This document shows, piece after piece, positions 8,566-13,345 of a stretch of 13,345 bases of DNA. Location of the stretch: assembly GCA_049699855.1 (NCBI GenBank), contig JBNAWM010000040.1, positions 1 through 13,345 on the forward strand, in the 5' to 3' direction. Origin of the DNA: Candidatus Cryosericum sp. (GTDB lineage: Bacteria; Caldisericota; Caldisericia; Cryosericales; Cryosericaceae). Within the stretch, counting starts at the first letter, position 1. Each line of letters starts with the position of its first letter. Position numbers and translations under genes: made by a program. A model generated the notes under the pieces. That model saw only the letters and a program-made list of their open reading frames with translations. It had not been told where the DNA came from and did no database searches.

Positions 8566-10300
8566 TGCTGGCCCCCTTCGTCTTGTTGTCGTTTTCTGTG
8601 GGCAGGAAGGCCTCCGCCTCCATGGCATCCAGAAGCAGTGTCACATACGTGTCCTTGCGATCAAGCGCAAACAGGGTGTGCTCGCCCTCCGTCGTCGGCT
8701 TTTCCAACAGCTTGCTTATCTTTGCTTCCGCATAGCGATGTTCAATCAGCTGAAGAGCAGCATCGGCGGTACCCCTTCCCTTGAAGAGACTTGCACGCAG
8801 TTCGTGAATCTGGCTGTTGGGCAGGATTCGCCTGCCATCCTCGTCCTTCTCCCGCAAAACATCTGCGCGCATCGTCAGACGACCCCAGGCATGCAGGCCC
8901 AGCCATGCCTTCTGCTCCGTCTCCAGAGGAGCCTGCTCAAAATTGGCGCTGGGTGTTATCACATAGGGCGTCCCATACAGGAGCGTCACCCCGTCGTCCA
9001 CCCTCAGTTTGCGGCGAATCTCATCCAGTTCGGTTGCACTGCTGTCGTGCAGCACGTGAAAGTCCACTGTCGAGCAGGGCCAGATACCGCCGTTCGGGTG
9101 GCGCATCACCTCTTTGACCACATTCTTGGCGCGCGATGCCAGCTCCTCTGCCAGGTTGTAGGCCGCGTAGAAAGGATAATGAGACTTGACGATGGCGATG
9201 CCGGCACCTGCCGACAGCCAGGCGTTCGCCATGTCACCATGCGTCATGCGTGCCGCAACTGCCTTTGTGTCTTCATCGCAAGCAGTCTCGACCTCAAACT
9301 GCTCCAGGTACTTTTTTACAAAGGACATGACCAGCTGGGCGTCGCACGCGACGGTCATGTCGTCTCCGCCCAAAACGAGCGGCCGAAGAGGAAGCACGTT
9401 TCTTGGGCCCATCTTGTCCTGCGGCACCTTGGCTGCTATGTCAACAATACTGTTCACGGCTTCCTTGAACGCCTTGTGCGTGCATACATCGACAGCGCAG
9501 GAGAACCTGCGCAGCGTATCGACATATTTCCTGTTGTCGACGGGGATTGGGGACCCGCAGTAGTTTTCAAAGTTCATAAAGACCTGTCCCAGCCCGTTGC
9601 CATCGGCATGGACCACGGCCATCCAGTCTGCTTTGTCGAGATTGTAGGCAAATGTCCACCCTTCCGGTGCCCATTGCCTTGAGACTGCGTCATGGACGTC
9701 CTTCGCCGGCTCCCGCTTGGCGACCGTCTGCAGAGAAACCGGCACGCCGTCCTTGTCCACACCGGCCGCCGGCATGCCACTGCTGGCACACTCAGCCACA
9801 AACGGCAGACGCAGGAAGCGCGACTCAGGCCCGTGCATGCTGGTTCGCAGTTCCTCATACCGGCGATACGCTTTCTTCAGGCCCTTGGCTACACTGCCCG
9901 GCTCATTCCACTCGAACCCTGCTACCGCACCCTTCACATCGATACCGGGGGCCTCGTCCAGGGCCTTCTGCGTCACATGCTGGACAATGGCTTTGGCGGC
10001 TTTCTCATCCTTGACCAGCAGAATCGCCTTGCCGGAAATAGCCTCGACAACCTCGACCATGGCTCCTTCCGTTTCGATGTGGGGATTCAGCGCGGGATTA
10101 ATCAACACTTTCTTCTGTTCGACAGGGTCGTCCCTGTACAAGCTCTGTCGGCCAGTCTGCCTGGCAACGGCTTCGAGCACCCACTCCGTTCCGGCGCGCC
10201 GTGTCAGTTCCGACGCCCCCACGTTCTCCTTCAACTTGTTCGTGGCAAACACATACGCTTGATTGCCCGATGTTTCCAAGACGACGAGATAGCACTCCAC
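8549..10300 (-). CDS. cas10: Cas10, type III-D large subunit, no HD domain, intact Palm GGDD, 583 aa
   Basis: GTG start at 10300 has an SD AAAGGAGG. The protein begins directly with the Palm1-type motif ETSGNQAYVFATNKLKENVGASEL. It also has VVHADGNGLG, PLVLGGDDMTV (nt 9359-9370), SAGAGIAIVKSHYPF and AEELASRAK. Confidence 0.93.
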   Translation of the reverse strand: MECYLVVLETSGNQAYVFATNKLKENVGASELTRRAGTEWVLEAVARQTGRQSLYRDDPVEQKKVLINPALNPHIETEGAMVEVVEAISGKAILLVKDEKAAKAIVQHVTQKALDEAPGIDVKGAVAGFEWNEPGSVAKGLKKAYRRYEELRTSMHGPESRFLRLPFVAECASSGMPAAGVDKDGVPVSLQTVAKREPAKDVHDAVSRQWAPEGWTFAYNLDKADWMAVVHADGNGLGQVFMNFENYCGSPIPVDNRKYVDTLRRFSCAVDVCTHKAFKEAVNSIVDIAAKVPQDKMGPRNVLPLRPLVLGGDDMTVACDAQLVMSFVKKYLEQFEVETACDEDTKAVAARMTHGDMANAWLSAGAGIAIVKSHYPFYAAYNLAEELASRAKNVVKEVMRHPNGGIWPCSTVDFHVLHDSSATELDEIRRKLRVDDGVTLLYGTPYVITPSANFEQAPLETEQKAWLGLHAWGRLTMRADVLREKDEDGRRILPNSQIHELRASLFKGRGTADAALQLIEHRYAEAKISKLLEKPTTEGEHTLFALDRKDTYVTLLLDAMEAEAFLPTENDNKTKGASNDQAQ

Positions 10301-10441
10301 GAATCACCCTCCTTTCCAGAATTAACCTGGGATGCCCTGTACGGGCAAGATGAGACGCCCTCCTGGGCGCCACTGCACACACATGTTTTCGGTAGACTTC
10401 ACAAGAAATCCCCCTTCCTTTGCCTTCTACCAGTTCATTCT

Positions 10442-10459
10442 CAAACATATCAATGTTTG
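10442..10459. promoter_or_regulatory. Palindromic candidate operator overlapping the -10 box
   Basis: CAAACAT-ATCA-ATGTTTG is a perfect 7-bp inverted repeat with a 4-nt spacer. Confidence 0.5.
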
Positions 10460-10472
10460 CTTTCTGTGTCAA
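10444..10472 (-). promoter_or_regulatory. sigma70-type promoter for the cas10 operon
   Basis: On the minus strand: TTGACA (10472-10467), a 17-nt spacer ending in TGA, then TATGTT (10449-10444). This is a perfect -35, optimal spacing and an extended TGn -10. Confidence 0.75.
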
Positions 10473-10557
10473 GCCAAACAACCGTGTCACCACGACACAC
10501 ATGGCCCTTCCCTCCGATCCCTGCTAAAAAACTCGCTTCATCTCTTTGCCCGTTGAC

Positions 10558-10585
10558 GTGACACAACCTGCGATTGCGCTATTAT
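10558..10585 (+). promoter_or_regulatory. Candidate sigma70 promoter for RT-cas1-cas2
   Basis: GTGACA (10558-10563), 16 nt, then TATTAT (10580-10585), 45 nt upstream of ATG 10631. Confidence 0.45.
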
Positions 10586-10630
10586 GCAGGAGAGCGGAAG
10601 CCAACACACTGTATAAGCGAAGGAGGCATC

Positions 10631-12988
10631 ATGAGTCTGTACGAACACGTGCTTGATGGACTGAACCTGATGTCCGCATTGCAGGAGGTCATGGCGGCAG
10701 GAAAAGCCGGAGGCATCGACGGCATAACTCTGGCAGACATTCAAAGCAACCAGAACAAATATCTTGGTGATCTCCAGCACCAGCTTGAAGAACGACGCTA
10801 CCGGCCTCAACCCGGCGCCAAGATCGACATTCCAAAACCCGATGGAGAATCCCGGCATATCTCCATCCCAACCATTCAAGACAAGGTCTGCCAGCGAGCA
10901 GTGTTGCAGGTCATCACCCCCATCCTGGATCACCAGTTCTTGCCCTGCAGTTATGCCTATCGTCCGGAAAAAGGCCCCATCCGGGCAGTCAAGCGTGTTG
11001 TCCACGCCCTCAGGAACGAAAAGATGATATGGGTTTGCCTGGCGGATGTCGATGACTTCTTTGACTCTCTGGACATACCTCTGCTCGAGTCGGAACTCCG
11101 CACTGCCTTGGCAGACCGTGACCTGGTGGATCTTATGATGATGTGGGTCCGCATGGGTTCGGTCGACCATGACTGGCGCTGGCATGACCGCTCTTTCGGC
11201 ACGCCGCAGGGAGCCCCGGTCTCCGGTGTGCTCTCCAACCTGTATCTCAACGCGTTTGACAGGACTCTCACGGGACGTGTCGGCTCCTACGTCCGCTACG
11301 CCGACAACCTGGTTGTCATGGAGAAGACTGAGCGCCAGGTGCGCCAGGCGTTTGAGTTCCTCCAACGCACCCTCGACCGCCAGGTGCACCTGAAACTCAA
11401 CCCTGGAACAGTGATCAAGCCAGCACAGGAAGGATTTGAGTTTCTGGGAGTGCTGATCGACCCATCGCGCGTAACGCTGTCTCCCGCCAAGCTCGAAGCC
11501 ATAAAGTCACAGGCGTCCTCCGCTCTCCGGCAAGGCGTGAGTCCTGCCAGTCTGACCGCCCTTGGCGACTTGATGAAGGGGTGGCACAACTACTATGGCG
11601 ATCTTATTGACGAGGCAACCCTGAGCGTCGTGGACAGCCAGGTACTGTCGGCGCTGGGCGCCGCTCTGCAAGACTTGTCATGGAAGTCCCACTACAAGAA
11701 ACTTGAACTCTCGTCGGCACTCGAGCAGCTTCCCTTCGTTTCCGAGGGGGCTCGCCTTAACCGGACGGGGACCGTGCATGGACTCCTGAATCTCCTCCCG
11801 TCTCCCGTAGCCGAACCCCGCATTCCCTCGGCACGCGCACGGGACGCGAGCCAGCCAGCGCCAACTGCCACCTCGTCTGCCGATGCCAAGGCGCCCGTCA
11901 AACCGGCACCCCACTATGATGTGGACCGCGTGGTGGCTCAGCGCAAGCGCGAATATCAGCAGCGGGAACGGGCCAGCTCCGAATTGCTGGTCAGTTCACC
12001 GGGCAGTTTCGTGGGTGTTCGAGACCAAATGATCTGCGTCTCCCACAATCATGTCATCTCCCAGCGCATCCCCCTGCGCGTGGTGCGGCACATCACGATC
12101 GCATCAGCCGGCGTGAGCCTGTCCTCTAATCTCTTGCTCGACTGTTCCACCCAAGGCATCGGCATCGATTTCGTCGACAAGTACAACAACCCCTTCGCCC
12201 GTATGCAGTGGGAAGACGATCCCTCAAGCGCACTTGCGCTCGCTCAGGTGGATGCCCTTCGGGATGGCCGCGCCGGCAGGACCGTCCGTGCAATCGTCGG
12301 CGGCAAAATCAGCAACCAGATCTCGTGCATCCGGTACTTCCTCAAGTCGCGCACCACCAACCAGGAGCTTTCAGCCGAGTGCGACCACCGCTGTGATCTC
12401 ATGGAGAAACTTGCCCAATCCATCTCCACCCTCGAGCAGTACGACACCGACATGACCACCCTTAGAGGAAAACTGCTCTCCATCGAAGGACGGTCTGCCT
12501 CCCTCTACTGGGACTGCGTGAAGGATCTCGTCGAAACCACGTCCGACTTCCCGGGACGGCAGGGCCACGGCAGTACCGACTTGGTCAACTCCCTCTTGAA
12601 CTACGGCTACGGCATTCTGTACAATCGGGTCTGGCAGGCCGTTGCCCAGCAGGGTCTTACAGCCGGCATTGGATTCCTCCATACGGAGCAGAAGGGCAAG
12701 CCCACGCTGGTCTTTGATCTGGTGGAGGAGTTTCGGCAGGAAGCGGTGGACCGTCCCATCATCGCCACCATCACCCGTCACCTGCCCCTCGCCCTGGACA
12801 ACGGGCGCCTGACCGATGAGACCCGCAAACTGGCCGCCGCGCGCGTTCTGGAACGCCTTGAAACGCCCGTGCGCTATCATTCGACCTCCACCCCGCTCGC
12901 CGAGGTCATCGTCTCCCAAGTCCGCCTGCTTCGTTACGTCCTGCTTGGCGCTGCCCCTGCCTATCATCCGTACCACGCCAAATGGTGA
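10631..12988 (+). CDS. cas1: Reverse transcriptase-Cas1 fusion, 785 aa
   Basis: ATG 10631 follows SD AAGGAGG. Group II intron-like RT blocks are AGGIDG, YRPQP, IPKPDGESRHISIPTIQDKVCQ, SYAYRP, ADVDDFFD, GTPQGAPVSGVLSNLYL, YVRYADN, GFEFLG and thumb GWHNYY. The C-terminal Cas1 has VSSPGSFVG, EGRSASLYW, VNSLLNYGYGILY, GFLH and LVFDLVEEFR. Confidence 0.93.
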   Translation: MSLYEHVLDGLNLMSALQEVMAAGKAGGIDGITLADIQSNQNKYLGDLQHQLEERRYRPQPGAKIDIPKPDGESRHISIPTIQDKVCQRAVLQVITPILDHQFLPCSYAYRPEKGPIRAVKRVVHALRNEKMIWVCLADVDDFFDSLDIPLLESELRTALADRDLVDLMMMWVRMGSVDHDWRWHDRSFGTPQGAPVSGVLSNLYLNAFDRTLTGRVGSYVRYADNLVVMEKTERQVRQAFEFLQRTLDRQVHLKLNPGTVIKPAQEGFEFLGVLIDPSRVTLSPAKLEAIKSQASSALRQGVSPASLTALGDLMKGWHNYYGDLIDEATLSVVDSQVLSALGAALQDLSWKSHYKKLELSSALEQLPFVSEGARLNRTGTVHGLLNLLPSPVAEPRIPSARARDASQPAPTATSSADAKAPVKPAPHYDVDRVVAQRKREYQQRERASSELLVSSPGSFVGVRDQMICVSHNHVISQRIPLRVVRHITIASAGVSLSSNLLLDCSTQGIGIDFVDKYNNPFARMQWEDDPSSALALAQVDALRDGRAGRTVRAIVGGKISNQISCIRYFLKSRTTNQELSAECDHRCDLMEKLAQSISTLEQYDTDMTTLRGKLLSIEGRSASLYWDCVKDLVETTSDFPGRQGHGSTDLVNSLLNYGYGILYNRVWQAVAQQGLTAGIGFLHTEQKGKPTLVFDLVEEFRQEAVDRPIIATITRHLPLALDNGRLTDETRKLAAARVLERLETPVRYHSTSTPLAEVIVSQVRLLRYVLLGAAPAYHPYHAKW

Positions 12989-12994
12989 CCCTCC

Positions 12995-13282
12995 ATGAAA
13001 TCCACCTTTCTCGTCGTCGCATACGATATCGTCAGCGACCGCCGGCGCCTGCGCCTCTCACGCTACCTCAGCACCTATGGCACCCGCATCAACCTGTCGG
13101 TCTTCGAGTGCAGCGTTCCCGCATCCGAGGTCGCCGCATTCAAGAAGAAGGTTTCCTCCTTCGCCCATCTCTCCACCGACACGATCGTCTTCTATACCCT
13201 CTGTCTCAACTGTATCGCCTCCATCGACCGAAGGGGACTGGGGGCACGCCAGGCCGATCCTGGCATCGTCACCTCTCTTTAG
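12995..13282 (+). CDS. cas2: CRISPR-associated endoribonuclease Cas2, 95 aa
   Basis: It starts 6 nt after RT-cas1. Motifs are VVAYDIVSDRRR, YGTRINLSVFEC, DTIVFYTLC-x2-C, and the size is typical of Cas2. Confidence 0.93.
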   Translation: MKSTFLVVAYDIVSDRRRLRLSRYLSTYGTRINLSVFECSVPASEVAAFKKKVSSFAHLSTDTIVFYTLCLNCIASIDRRGLGARQADPGIVTSL

Positions 13283-13345
13283 CCCTCTGCCGCCCCCTCC
13301 CGAGATCTGAGACAATTTGCCAAGGAGGGCACAAAAGGCTGGAGT

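Noticed and set aside
6985..9682. Long + strand ORFs (6985-8157, 8117-9682, and similarly 305-1030, 1061-1774, 4224-5306, 9692-10561)
   Set aside because: They are antisense shadows of well-supported cas genes in GC-rich DNA and have no recognisable motifs.
10553..10585. TTGACG (10553-10558) as the -35 for TATTAT
   Set aside because: The spacing would be 21 nt. The overlapping GTGACA at 16 nt fits better.
10631..11600. RT as a group II intron, retron or DGR
   Set aside because: It is fused in frame to Cas1 and followed by cas2. I saw no intron domain V/VI, msr-msd or TR/VR repeat pair.
10538..12976. Minus-strand ORFs 10538-11389 and 12371-12976
   Set aside because: They are antisense shadows of RT-cas1 with no family motifs.
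13282..13330. Hairpin or terminator after cas2 (GCCCTC...GAGGGC)
   Set aside because: The stem is only 6 bp with a long loop and no U-tract on the + strand, and the window ends too soon to interpret it.

Overview
The window is almost entirely a CRISPR-Cas type III-D locus. A tightly coupled minus-strand operon (10300->335) encodes an HD-less Cas10 with intact GGDD, a Cas7-Cas5-Cas11 fusion (Csx10-like), a Cas7-Cas7 fusion, Csx19, a Cas7 with a large insertion, and a CARF-HEPN effector. This gene order matches the type III-Dv architecture known from Synechocystis PCC 6803. A near-consensus sigma70 promoter with a palindrome over its -10 box precedes the operon, and an intrinsic terminator ends it. 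A reverse transcriptase-Cas1 fusion and cas2 are transcribed divergently on the + strand. The RT has a non-canonical YADN instead of YADD, while its other motifs and the Cas1 active-site motifs are intact. No cas6 and no CRISPR array are inside the window. The left edge holds the 3' end of a convergent ORF with an 8-aa tandem repeat and a C-terminal transmembrane segment. All family calls come from motif recognition by eye; no searches were run.
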